Positions 39,659 through 49,111 of a stretch of DNA of 49,631 nt are shown piece after piece (positions within the stretch are counted from its first letter, which is position 1; each line of letters opens with the position of its first letter). Location of the stretch: contig CAZQQT010000013.1 of the NCBI GenBank assembly GCA_964595645.1, positions 1-49,631 of the forward strand, read 5' to 3'. Source of the DNA: an uncultured Thermococci archaeon (GTDB lineage Archaea > Methanobacteriota_B > Thermococci > Methanofastidiosales > B48-G16). The position numbers were made by a program, and so were the translations under genes. A model generated the notes under the pieces. The model did not search any database. It saw only the letters and a program-made list of their open reading frames with translations, and had not been told where the DNA came from.

Positions 39659-42054
39659 AGATGGAGAAGGAAATGAAAATAAGAAGATCGTCAATTCATC
39701 CTGTAAGTAGAAGAATAGAAAAACTCAGAGAGGAAAGTATTACTAAAAAAGTAAAAATTTCATCGGAAAGAGCAAGATTAATCACCGAATTTTACAAAAA
39801 TAATAAATCAAAAGAAATTTCTCCTCCTGTAAAGAGGGCAATGGCCTTTAAATACCTCATGGAACACGTGAGCCTCCCCATTGAGGAGGGTCAGCTTATT
39901 GTAGGTCTCCGGGGGACTGGTGTAAAGGAGGTCCCCACGTACCCAGAGGTGTGCTGTCACTCTCTAAAGGATCTGGATGTACTAACTACCCGAGAAAAAA
40001 ATCCCTATGTGGTAGACGGTGAAACGAAAAAATTGTATGAGGAAGAGATAATCCCTTACTGGAAGGGAAAGACAATGAGAGAACACATCCTCCATAAAAT
40101 GTCCGAAGAATGGGAAGATGCGTATAATGCCGGCGTGTTCACCGAGTTCATGGAACAGCGTGTTCCAGGCCACACGGCTGGTGGTGAGAGAGTATTTACG
40201 AAGGGGCTTATAGAAATAAAGCAAGCAATAAAAGAGAAGAAACGGAAAACAGACTCATCAAACGAAAAAGAAGAATTAAAGGCTATGGAGATCGCAGCTG
40301 ACGCAATGATCATTTATGCACGTAGATACACCAAAAAACTGGAGAGGATGGTAGAAGAAGAGGAGAATGAACGCAGAAAGAAAGAACTTAAGACAATGGC
40401 AAAAATCTGTCGTAGAGTACCGGCTCACGCTCCACAAACATTCCGGGAGGCACTTCAGCACTACTGGTTTGTGCATGTAGGGGTAGTGACAGAATCAAAT
40501 CCATGGGATTCATTTACCCCGGGGAGACTGGATCACTATCTCTATCCATCCTACAAAAAAGATATTAAGGAGAACAGACTCACAAAAACAGAGGCAAAGG
40601 AACTGCTTGAGGCGCTGTGGCTCAAATTCAATGCACAGCCGGCACCACCCAAAGTGGGTGTCACAGCAGAGGAGAGCAATACCTACAACGATTTCGCGAA
40701 GATCAATATTGGAGGGGTAAAGAGAGATGGTACCAATGCCGTCAATGAGGTATCGTATCTCCTCCTGGAAGTACTAGAAGAAATGAGAACGGTACAACCC
40801 AATACTGCAGTGTTAATCAGCAAGAAAACACCTGAAAAACTACTCATGCGTGCACTGGACGTTGTAAAACCCGGATTTGGCGAACCGCCTTTCTTCAGCC
40901 ACGACGGCATTACCAAAATACTCCTACGGCAGGGGAAATCTCTGGAGGATGCAAGAATGGGGGGTGTGAGTGGGTGTGTGGAAACAGGCGCCTTCGGGAA
41001 GGAATGTTATATCCTCACCGGCTACTTTAATCTCATCAAAATACTCGAAATCACGCTGCACAATGGTACGGATCCGAGAACGAAAAAGAAGGTAGGAATA
41101 GAGACGGGTGATCCCTCTACGTTCGAGGAATTCAACGATCTTTTCACAGCATTCACAAAACAACTAAAATACTTTATCGATATAAAAATAAAGGGAAATG
41201 ACACTGTAGAAAAACTCTATGCTGAACAAATGCCCGTGCCCTTCCTCTCATTCTGGATTGATGACTGTGTGCACAACGCAGAGGACTACAATGGCGGGGG
41301 TGCACGGTACAACACACAGTACATCCAAATCGTTGGACTTGGGACTGTCACGGATGCGCTCACCTCCTTGAGATACAACGTTTTTAAGGAAGAGAGGGTT
41401 GAAATGACAGCTGTCGTGGAAGCCTTAAACAACAACTATGAAGGGAAAGAAGAGATGAGGCAGATGTTTCTGCATAAGACGCCCAAATACGGAAACGATG
41501 ATGGCAGAGCTGATACCATCGCTAAAAAGGTGTTCCGCACATGCATAGACCTCATAGAATCCTATCCTCGATCTCCGGTAAGAAAAGCCTCCAAAAGGGT
41601 GTACGGTCTTCCCACTACAGTCCATGTGTACTTCGGAAGTGTATGCAACGCAACACCCGATGGAAGAAAAGCAGGGGAGCCTGTCTCAGAAGGCATCTCC
41701 CCTGTACAGGGAGCTGATAAAAAGGGTATCGGTGCAGTATTCCAATCCGTGACAAAACTCGATCATACACGATCCGGCGGGACGTTACTGAACCAGAAAC
41801 TCTCTCCGGATCTAGTTCAAGATGAAAAGATACTGAGGAAACTGGGACAGTTAATGCGGGCATACTTCACGATGGGCGCACATCACGTGCAGTATAACGT
41901 GGTGAGTGCCGATCTCCTCCGTCACGCGCAGGAAAATCCTGAGGCGTATCAAAACCTTATGGTGAGGGTAGCTGGATACAGTGATTATTTCGTCAATCTA
42001 CCCAAAGGTCTCCAAGATGAGATCATTAGAAGGACGGAACAGAAAAACTTTTAA
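39655..42054 (+). CDS. hypD: Glycyl radical enzyme, trans-4-hydroxy-L-proline dehydratase
   Basis: RVAGY and SGCVE; HypD-type motifs FMEQR.PGH, NPWD, QPAPPKVG...ES.TY.DF, YILTGY, LPT; proC nearby. Confidence 0.88.
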   Translation: MKMEKEMKIRRSSIHPVSRRIEKLREESITKKVKISSERARLITEFYKNNKSKEISPPVKRAMAFKYLMEHVSLPIEEGQLIVGLRGTGVKEVPTYPEVCCHSLKDLDVLTTREKNPYVVDGETKKLYEEEIIPYWKGKTMREHILHKMSEEWEDAYNAGVFTEFMEQRVPGHTAGGERVFTKGLIEIKQAIKEKKRKTDSSNEKEELKAMEIAADAMIIYARRYTKKLERMVEEEENERRKKELKTMAKICRRVPAHAPQTFREALQHYWFVHVGVVTESNPWDSFTPGRLDHYLYPSYKKDIKENRLTKTEAKELLEALWLKFNAQPAPPKVGVTAEESNTYNDFAKINIGGVKRDGTNAVNEVSYLLLEVLEEMRTVQPNTAVLISKKTPEKLLMRALDVVKPGFGEPPFFSHDGITKILLRQGKSLEDARMGGVSGCVETGAFGKECYILTGYFNLIKILEITLHNGTDPRTKKKVGIETGDPSTFEEFNDLFTAFTKQLKYFIDIKIKGNDTVEKLYAEQMPVPFLSFWIDDCVHNAEDYNGGGARYNTQYIQIVGLGTVTDALTSLRYNVFKEERVEMTAVVEALNNNYEGKEEMRQMFLHKTPKYGNDDGRADTIAKKVFRTCIDLIESYPRSPVRKASKRVYGLPTTVHVYFGSVCNATPDGRKAGEPVSEGISPVQGADKKGIGAVFQSVTKLDHTRSGGTLLNQKLSPDLVQDEKILRKLGQLMRAYFTMGAHHVQYNVVSADLLRHAQENPEAYQNLMVRVAGYSDYFVNLPKGLQDEIIRRTEQKNF

Positions 42055-42091
42055 ATAAGGGAACAAAGGTATATTAACAAATACGTGGGAT

Positions 42092-42820
42092 GTGAAGAGA
42101 GTGGGATCGTTACATGTGAAACTATGGACAGTACTTCTTATCGTACTGGTTTTTTCTCTATGCCTCAGTGATGAGAAGCCGCAGGAGAGTATGATTGGAG
42201 AAAAGGAACCAAAAACTACTGTACCCATACCCACCACGACAATCGCTCCCGCCACTTCGGCACAGGAAAAGGCCGCACAGACGACACCAATAGCAAAGGC
42301 TCGAGATCTCCTCGGAGAAACAGTGACCGTGAAGGGGGTGGTGACAGCCCCTCCCGGTGTGTTTAGAGAGGATGTGATGTATATCCAGGATGACACTGCA
42401 GGAATCAAGATATACTCAGAAGTATTGGCGGATTGTGAAATACGATTAGGAAATGTGGTGTGTGTTGAAGGTGTTGTTGATAGATTCTATGGAAATATAG
42501 AGGTAAAATTCATAAAAAAAGATAAAATCTCTGTTCTAGAAGATAAAAATCCTCATCCACTTCCTTTATCAATAAAGAAAGCAAAGAAAATGGAAGGATC
42601 ATTTGTAACAGTAAAGGGAACAGCCGCCAACATTCAGCACAATAAATTTTATCTTCAAGATGATACCGAAAAAATTGCCGTGTACATCGATAGAGATACA
42701 GGGATCACATTGGATATTGAAAAAAATGAGAAGATAAGAGTATCAGGAATTATAACGCAGTACAAAGGACAAATGGAAATCTTGCCTAGATATGATGACG
42801 ACATAACATTACGGGAGTAA
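42092..42820 (+). CDS. Secreted/lipoprotein with two OB-fold domains
   Basis: Hydrophobic leader ending SLC, T/P linker, VTVKGVVT...YIQDDTAGI.IY and VTVKG...FYLQDDT..I.VY, EILPR. Confidence 0.78.
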   Translation: MKRVGSLHVKLWTVLLIVLVFSLCLSDEKPQESMIGEKEPKTTVPIPTTTIAPATSAQEKAAQTTPIAKARDLLGETVTVKGVVTAPPGVFREDVMYIQDDTAGIKIYSEVLADCEIRLGNVVCVEGVVDRFYGNIEVKFIKKDKISVLEDKNPHPLPLSIKKAKKMEGSFVTVKGTAANIQHNKFYLQDDTEKIAVYIDRDTGITLDIEKNEKIRVSGIITQYKGQMEILPRYDDDITLRE

Positions 42821-43348
42821 AATTTTTTCTAACGTATCGATATTCTCTCCTTTTTTTGCTGAAATAGGGACGAAGTTTCTGTTTCTATCCCATGGAGTCA
42901 AAAGACCAAATTTTTCTGCAATTTCGTTGAGAATTTCATCTCGCTCATACGTTCGTAGTTTATCTATCTTGTTGGCAGCAATGATCGGTTCTGTAAACTC
43001 GTGGAGAAAGTGGTAGAACTCAATTTCGACAGGTATCTGTGTCTCTACCCACCGCTCGTAAATGTCCAGAAAGGCCTTCGTATCGATGACCTCTATCGCT
43101 CGACTAAACTCTTTTGACTCGATGTATCGGACGATTTCATCCTTTAATTGCTCCTGTCTCTCTTCTCTTACATTTTTCATGAAACCAAAACCAGGGAAAT
43201 CTACCAGGATAAAATTTTTGTACGGGTACTCCTTGAATTCCAGAGTCATTCCTGGTCTTTTCCCTATCTCGATATTTTTTCCTGTGAGAGCTTTTATGAG
43301 GGAAGATTTCCCCACGTTCGACCGTCCGACTACAACAATTCTCTTCAT
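42809..43348 (-). CDS. engB: GTP-binding protein EngB/YihA
   Basis: GRSNVGKSS, GKRPG.T, DFPGFG, NKID, ISAK.G. Confidence 0.92.
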   Translation of the reverse strand: MKRIVVVGRSNVGKSSLIKALTGKNIEIGKRPGMTLEFKEYPYKNFILVDFPGFGFMKNVREERQEQLKDEIVRYIESKEFSRAIEVIDTKAFLDIYERWVETQIPVEIEFYHFLHEFTEPIIAANKIDKLRTYERDEILNEIAEKFGLLTPWDRNRNFVPISAKKGENIDTLEKILLP

Positions 43349-43427
43349 CAGAGGAAATAAAGCGAGGAGATTAAAAAAAGGTTTGGACAGGAACAACGTT
43401 TATTAGTATGTCCTCTCACAAAACATC

Positions 43428-43886
43428 ATGAAACACGTGCAGAGGACCAAAACACTCATACGTAAAAAAGGGATAGACGCTGAGGTACGGGAGCACGAGG
43501 AGTGGGGAAAGGAGAGTGAGAAAGTTGCTGAAATATTTGATGTGCCGCTGAAACATGTGATAAAATCACTTCTCGTATTCCTTGATGATACGCCCTGCCT
43601 CACCGTGCTTCAGGGAAATACACGCTTGGATACAAAAAAAGTTGAAGAAATAACAGGAAAAAAGGTGAAGATGGCGCGGGCAAAGGATATCAAAGAACTT
43701 GGATTTGAATTTGGTGGTATCCCGTGCCTCGGCTCCGATCTCCCAATGATCGTTGATAAAAATGTAATGGAGGCCGAGTTCGTCGTGGGGTCTGCCGGAT
43801 CGCCCTATGTTGGAATAAAGATCAGACCAATGGATCTCGTGACGTTGAATGACGCCGAGGTTGCTCATATCTGCAAAGCGGTTTAG
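43428..43886 (+). CDS. YbaK/EbsC aminoacyl-tRNA deacylase family
   Basis: VIKSLL, G...LD.KK, GF..GGIP, GSAGSP...I.I.P.DL. Confidence 0.88.
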   Translation: MKHVQRTKTLIRKKGIDAEVREHEEWGKESEKVAEIFDVPLKHVIKSLLVFLDDTPCLTVLQGNTRLDTKKVEEITGKKVKMARAKDIKELGFEFGGIPCLGSDLPMIVDKNVMEAEFVVGSAGSPYVGIKIRPMDLVTLNDAEVAHICKAV

Positions 43887-45066
43887 CGAGATGTCTCCTC
43901 GCGATGGGTGGTACCTCATACAATCCTTCCTCGATTCCTCGTGATATCTCTATTTTCTCTTCAATCTCTCTTTTTCGTGCCTTTTTCCCACATTTCTTGC
44001 ATTTATACACTCCTCCTCCCCTCGATTTGAATGTGCCTCCACAGGTGCAAGTTCTTTTTCGTATCTTGTACTGGGGGACGAGATCTACAACCTCAATTTT
44101 TTCAAGATTTATCGTAAGCCCCTTCGTATACTTTACACCACCGTAGACCCTCACATAATCACCCTTAATCAATTCTCTGATTATTGCTCTAAACTCTTTG
44201 GTAGGTTCGTAAGCCGCACAGAATATCTCTTCGTCATCTTTTAGCCTAAAAATGACATGTCCTCCTTCTATCGTATGTGGAGTCTCTGATACCCGCCCTT
44301 CCACAATGACAGAATCAAACTCCTCTACTTCAGATACGTTTTTTTTCACGAGATGCATATCGGTGGCCTGGTTGGTGAGGAAGATCTGCTGTTTGTCCAT
44401 GTTCTCGGACTCTACCATCGCCTGTGCTTTTCTGAGAATCTCGGGAGATTCGCCTCTCAGTCCGTAGAGCACAGGACACGGGGAGTGGGGTGCAATACAG
44501 AGATACTCGTTCTTATAGTCGTAGCTGTCAAATACCGCAGGATAATATTCCCTATCCATAGTGATAACACTCCCTGTATCTACATCTCTCTCTGTGCCAA
44601 ACCTGAAGGGTTCACGGTAGGTAATGAGTTCGTAAGTGTGATCATGGAGCTCCATCCCTACAGCTGCCAACGCACCAATAAGTCCCCTCTTGTTTCCAAA
44701 AGCATGGTAGCTCATATTGTGCTTTTTTACGTATTCAAGCGCCTCTTTTATCTCTATATTTTTGTGTAACGCTCTTAATGCAAATTTTTTAAGAGAGGAA
44801 GGAATTTTTTCCATGAAAACAATGCCAGGATTTGTATTTTCTTTTGTACGGTGAGAATAATTCGCGAAGAGTTCTAGTATCTCACTCATCTCCCCCTCAG
44901 TAACGAGATTGAGTGCTCCATTTCCCCTCGTTTTATAGGGAATATTTGGATTCAATCGAATCAATCGGGGATGGTTCTCACATTCTGCATGTTCGACAAT
45001 GAGCGCTGCCAGATATGTTGTGCACATTCCTTCACGTGAGTCTGTGTCATCGATGCCAATGTACAT
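43822..45066 (-). CDS. tiaS: tRNA(Ile2) agmatinylcytidine synthetase
   Basis: IGIDDTDS..GMCTTY, LIRLNPNIPYKTRGNGA, NQATD.H, GGHV, AYEPT, YEVP..ARRHL.KP. Confidence 0.96.
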   Translation of the reverse strand: MYIGIDDTDSREGMCTTYLAALIVEHAECENHPRLIRLNPNIPYKTRGNGALNLVTEGEMSEILELFANYSHRTKENTNPGIVFMEKIPSSLKKFALRALHKNIEIKEALEYVKKHNMSYHAFGNKRGLIGALAAVGMELHDHTYELITYREPFRFGTERDVDTGSVITMDREYYPAVFDSYDYKNEYLCIAPHSPCPVLYGLRGESPEILRKAQAMVESENMDKQQIFLTNQATDMHLVKKNVSEVEEFDSVIVEGRVSETPHTIEGGHVIFRLKDDEEIFCAAYEPTKEFRAIIRELIKGDYVRVYGGVKYTKGLTINLEKIEVVDLVPQYKIRKRTCTCGGTFKSRGGGVYKCKKCGKKARKREIEEKIEISRGIEEGLYEVPPIARRHLAKPLCRYEQPRRHSTSRDPLV

Positions 45067-45108
45067 ACCGAAAGAATTTTTAATATGAAGCTATATAAAT
45101 CTAATTAG

Positions 45109-46056
45109 ATGGAATACAAAACATTCGATATCACAAACTCAGTCGCACAGATCCTTAAAAAGGCAGGGTTCGAGGTATCCCTCTGTAATATGCGATCCTG
45201 CTACGATATCATGGCAAGGAGGGGCCTCTTCAGTTTCATCATTAAGATACTGTCCAATGTAGATTCTCTCTCCTCAGAACATGCCAGTGAAATACGAAAA
45301 ATCGCCTACTATTTCAAGGTGTTTCCTCTAATAATCGCTCACAAAACAAAGAAAGAGAGATTGAAAGAAGGTGTAGTATATAATCGAGATGGGATACCCG
45401 TTATCACTATGGAAACACTTGAAAACCTCGTTGTAGACGGACAGCCACCGTTAGTGTACGCAGACAGAGGAGGACTCTACGTAAAGATAGACCGGGAAAA
45501 ATTAAAGGAGGAAAGAGAGAAACGGGGACTCTCCCTAGGTTACGTAGCTGACGAAGTGAATATATCACGATCCACCCTCTACGAATACGAAAATGTAGAT
45601 AAAGGTGTACTCCTCGAAAACGCAATAAAACTCGAAGAGTTTTTTGATATTCCTGTCACAAAACCGGTCTCAATTCTAAAAAAAGTAGAAAAAGAAAGTG
45701 GAAAGATTAGTTTAGAAGATGTAAAAAGAGATCTAGAAAGAAAAATACTCCTCAAACTCCATGATACGGGATTTAAAGTTGTTCCAACGGAGAAAACCCC
45801 CTTTAATGCACTTGTAAAAGAAAAAGAAGTGATTATAACAGGAATAGGCAAATCACGATCCAGACTCCTTGACAAAAGAATCAGAATAATGCACGAATTC
45901 TCAATGATGATAAATAAAGACTCAATGTTTATTGTCGATCTGAAAAAGAGCCCAGAAAACGTGGAAGGAGTGCCCATTCTCAGTAGAGGAGAACTAAAGA
46001 AGATAAAAGACGTTGACAGTATACTCGAACTGCTCAAAAGTAAAAAACCCGATTAA
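45109..46056 (+). CDS. Archaeal Cro/C1-type HTH transcriptional regulator (COG1395-like)
   Basis: IKIL.NVD, GVVY.R.GIP, RGGLYVKID, GLSLG.VA...ISR.T.Y.YE; divergent from tiaS. Confidence 0.88.
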   Translation: MEYKTFDITNSVAQILKKAGFEVSLCNMRSCYDIMARRGLFSFIIKILSNVDSLSSEHASEIRKIAYYFKVFPLIIAHKTKKERLKEGVVYNRDGIPVITMETLENLVVDGQPPLVYADRGGLYVKIDREKLKEEREKRGLSLGYVADEVNISRSTLYEYENVDKGVLLENAIKLEEFFDIPVTKPVSILKKVEKESGKISLEDVKRDLERKILLKLHDTGFKVVPTEKTPFNALVKEKEVIITGIGKSRSRLLDKRIRIMHEFSMMINKDSMFIVDLKKSPENVEGVPILSRGELKKIKDVDSILELLKSKKPD

Positions 46057-46478
46057 GACCGGAGTCGTGTAGAAGAGATTTTCCCACGCTCATCGGAGAG
46101 AAGATCGATTTTCACGATTTGCAGCTTCTTCATTCCCAACTTTCGCCTTTTCTCATTTATTTTTTCCGCGTTTTTGTAGGTTTCTTCTGTGACAAGAATG
46201 TAATCGGCATCTCTCTCCAGTGAAAATCCGTATGTATCATCTATTTTGATTATTTCGTAATCTTTTTTCTCTTTATGTCCTAAAGAACGTAAAAAATCCT
46301 TAATTTTTCTTTTCCGTTTGCTGTAATCCCATATTTTCTCAGCGTACTTCTTATCCTGCACCATCTCATCACTTGTGAGTCCTATCAATACGTACCCATA
46401 TTCAAATGCCTTCTTCAGGAAGTATTTATGTCCTTCATGGAGTCGATCGAACGTACCAGAGGCAATTATCGTTTCCAC
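46053..46478 (-). CDS. coaD: Phosphopantetheine adenylyltransferase (archaeal type)
   Basis: GTFD.LH.GH, IGLTSD, VTEET...A.KIN..R, ISSTR.R. Confidence 0.9.
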   Translation of the reverse strand: METIIASGTFDRLHEGHKYFLKKAFEYGYVLIGLTSDEMVQDKKYAEKIWDYSKRKRKIKDFLRSLGHKEKKDYEIIKIDDTYGFSLERDADYILVTEETYKNAEKINEKRRKLGMKKLQIVKIDLLSDERGKISSTRLRS

Positions 46479-47407
46479 ACGACCACCCCCACTGCAGCAA
46501 CGATACAGAGAAGTACAAGATATTTGAGAAAAGGATAAAGCGCAAAATACATGGTGATGGGTGTATAAAATGTGGAATCGAGCGTTTCAATCTCTTGTAT
46601 TAATCTTTTTCTTGTAACATTCTCAATTCGTGTTGTGTCATTAACAACAACAGAGGGAGTCTCTGAAAATCCATTCAGGTAGAACTCTTTGGAGTGCTGC
46701 GAGATATCTATCCACAGGATAGAAACAGTATTGTCATATTTCTCAGACGTTATTACCTCATTAACCGTTTTTTTCTCTTCTTCTTCAGTGTAGAATCCAA
46801 CAATTTTCACCGGGTTCTTCTCGTGGTAAAATGTTACTGCAGATTTGATCAAATCCTCCGTGATATTTTCTTCAAAGGAAAGCTCATTGACCGCCACTGC
46901 CGGTGTTTCTGAAAATCCAAAATAGAGATAGCTATTCCTATTAAGCTCGTAATCAAGGGGAAGCGTTGCTACCTCTTCTGTATCAATTGTAGAGAGGATA
47001 CGATATATTCTCTCGTACTCCTCTCCTTTATTATCGGCATCGTGAAAAAATCGTACAAGGACACCTTTAGGATGTGCAAAATGCTCTATTACCTCTCGGA
47101 GATCTTCAGCTGTAATACCTCCTTCCATTTTTATTTGATCATTGAACACGAGCCCTGGGGTCCGTATGAATCCATTGTTTTTGAACTCTCTGTATCCCTT
47201 CTCTGTAAACACATCGACCATCTCGATCTCCAGGATTTCACCGTATTCCTTTTTAAAATCCTCGAAGTAGCCTTTTACTGTCTCGCAGTGGCTGCAGTCT
47301 TCGGTGAAGAAAAAGGTGACCTTCACGTGTTGTTCTTGGTTGTTCTCTTCGGCAATTACTGCGCCGAGTATAAGCAAAAGTACGAGAGGTATCACATATT
47401 TTTTCAT
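46466..47407 (-). CDS. Membrane-anchored extracellular protein with three thioredoxin-like repeats
   Basis: Signal peptide; CSHC in the first domain only; repeated GF..TP..V.N motifs; C-terminal TM segment. Confidence 0.78.
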   Translation of the reverse strand: MKKYVIPLVLLLILGAVIAEENNQEQHVKVTFFFTEDCSHCETVKGYFEDFKKEYGEILEIEMVDVFTEKGYREFKNNGFIRTPGLVFNDQIKMEGGITAEDLREVIEHFAHPKGVLVRFFHDADNKGEEYERIYRILSTIDTEEVATLPLDYELNRNSYLYFGFSETPAVAVNELSFEENITEDLIKSAVTFYHEKNPVKIVGFYTEEEEKKTVNEVITSEKYDNTVSILWIDISQHSKEFYLNGFSETPSVVVNDTTRIENVTRKRLIQEIETLDSTFYTPITMYFALYPFLKYLVLLCIVAAVGVVVWKR

Positions 47408-47446
47408 AGTGTGGAAAACAGTACCAAGTTTAAAAACATTTTGGTT

Positions 47447-48250
47447 TCATCCGACGGAAAGATTATACAATATCGACTGAATTTCTTTAAAAAGGCCCCA
47501 TACTTCTCTACGTCCAGAAAAATTCCCATACAATCGCTCAAATATATACTTTAAAGTATCTTTCTCTGTATGGTTAGCAAGTATTGCTATTATCGTTGAT
47601 AGACAGAGTGGATTCTTCTCCAGTGCACATGGGCAGCTCTCCTTTATATCTCCTCTGATCTTTGATATTCTTCCTCCATTCCACTCGATGCTTTTTTTCA
47701 AGAAATCGCATTCGTTTTCGGCTGATTGGAGGTTGTGTAAAATACCATAACCTTTTGCAGATTTTCTAATTGCTGTAGTAGATCTTTCTGCAATTGCAGC
47801 AAGCGTTGTTGATACAGCTGCACCTGTCTCTGCTACAAGTTTCCATCCACCTTTTTTTAGAACTTCTTTTGTTCCTACCCAAGCACCCATTGAGAGCCCA
47901 TCCCCTATATCCCAGGTCCATATGTCCCATGTATGTTTTATAGTTTTCCACTGTTTGTCTGCTTCACCTTTCCATTTAGTGTATTCTTCATTTGCAATTG
48001 CAAGTTCAGTTGCCCATTCTTCTTGATATTTCAGACGTTCTTCTAAATCGTCTATCATCGCTTTCACCTCGTCGTTATGTCTGCACGGACAGGGATCGCA
48101 GCAGCCCTCCCAACAGCCATTCTCGCATCCCTGACTGCAGTTTTCTCTTTGTTTCTCCGTTTCGGTGTACGCACAGTCATCAGTGCCGTAATCGTAGTAG
48201 TAGTCTCGGTACGTTTGGTAAACGACTTCAGAGTGCGGTTCAGTACTCAT
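47447..48250 (-). CDS. Cys-rich helical cassette protein A with variable amphipathic core (putative polymorphic toxin tip)
   Basis: Paralog of 49112..49631; reads through CPCALE into an unrelated tail; start ATG lies inside the upstream gene's end. Confidence 0.6.
   Translation of the reverse strand: MSTEPHSEVVYQTYRDYYYDYGTDDCAYTETEKQRENCSQGCENGCWEGCCDPCPCRHNDEVKAMIDDLEERLKYQEEWATELAIANEEYTKWKGEADKQWKTIKHTWDIWTWDIGDGLSMGAWVGTKEVLKKGGWKLVAETGAAVSTTLAAIAERSTTAIRKSAKGYGILHNLQSAENECDFLKKSIEWNGGRISKIRGDIKESCPCALEKNPLCLSTIIAILANHTEKDTLKYIFERLYGNFSGRREVWGLFKEIQSILYNLSVG
47618..48119. repeat. Direct repeat copy 1 (conserved flanks, divergent centre)
   Basis: 47618-47697 matches 49115-49194 at 79/80 nt; 48081-48119 is identical to 49593-49631. 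Confidence 0.92.
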
Positions 48251-48648
48251 TGTTGATCTCCTCGTTATATTTCCTATTCTTAATCCACATTAGAACTGGT
48301 GTCCCTATAAAAATCATTAGCACTACGAGCCATGCGAGTATTACTCCAATCAACTTGATATATCTTACGTAAACTTCACGGAGGTATCCCATCTTTGCAC
48401 AGACTTCGCCTAAGCTGTAAAATAAGAGTCCACATCCTAAAAGGGTATGTTCATAAAACTCCATATTGGATATTTCATCCTGTCTCGCAGTAACTACTAG
48501 AAACCATGCCCCTAAAAAAATAAGAAGCATCATCTCTTCTATGATCCAAGGAGGATCGCCGATTCTCCAACTCCAGAATACAGCAAAACTTATTAAAAAT
48601 ATAGAAAAGGAATAAAAAAATTCTTCTCCGTGTTCTTTTAAATCTCAT
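48240..48648 (-). pseudogene. Small multi-TM membrane protein (putative immunity) with a 1-nt frameshift near the start
   Basis: The 48533 frame stays open and hydrophobic upstream (FFYSFSIFLISFAVFWSW). The ATG at 48648, preceded by GTGA, is out of frame by one base; a T7 run lies at 48614-48620. Confidence 0.55.
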
Positions 48649-48776
48649 CGTTAATCACTTAATTCACCGTTTTACAGCAAGGTAGAGTGGTGTGGATGTG
48701 ACTCCAAAGAATATGGTCATATCGTAAGTATATTCCTCCTGTGAATGTTCTGCTAGCAGAGAGATAATCACGTCAA

Positions 48777-49106
48777 TCACCAAGTGGAGAGAGAACGCTC
48801 AAGATATAGGAGCGTACAAAGTGCCAAAAATACCAAAATCCAATATGGCGCATTATTCAAATGAAATACACCTTCTGCACTTAATATATCGAGTGTTATA
48901 AAAAAGGCACCTGTCAATACTATCCCTATGAGAAAAAAAAGGCATCTTTTTCCCAATTTCTTTAGATCAGTGAACAACACCGATAGTCCCAATATTATGA
49001 TCACTCCATTGCTTCTGTTAGCACCGTGGAAAACAGAAATAAAGAACAGTGCAACTATCAAGAAATAAAAAAAGTATTTTACGTAGTTTTTTTGTTCCTG
49101 CTCCAT
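48777..49106 (-). CDS. Small 4-TM membrane protein (putative immunity protein)
   Basis: Four hydrophobic segments in 109 aa; starts 5 nt after the cassette B stop. Confidence 0.7.
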   Translation of the reverse strand: MEQEQKNYVKYFFYFLIVALFFISVFHGANRSNGVIIILGLSVLFTDLKKLGKRCLFFLIGIVLTGAFFITLDILSAEGVFHLNNAPYWILVFLALCTLLYLERSLSTW

Positions 49107-49111
49107 TCATA

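Noticed and set aside
39655-42054. Pyruvate formate-lyase or choline TMA-lyase
   Set aside because: There is a single active-site Cys in SGCVE (no CC pair) and HypD-specific motifs are present.
43822-43886. 65-nt convergent tiaS/ybaK overlap as a regulatory device
   Set aside because: The tiaS tail after the conserved RRHLAKPL motif looks like a non-conserved run-on, which is common in compact genomes.
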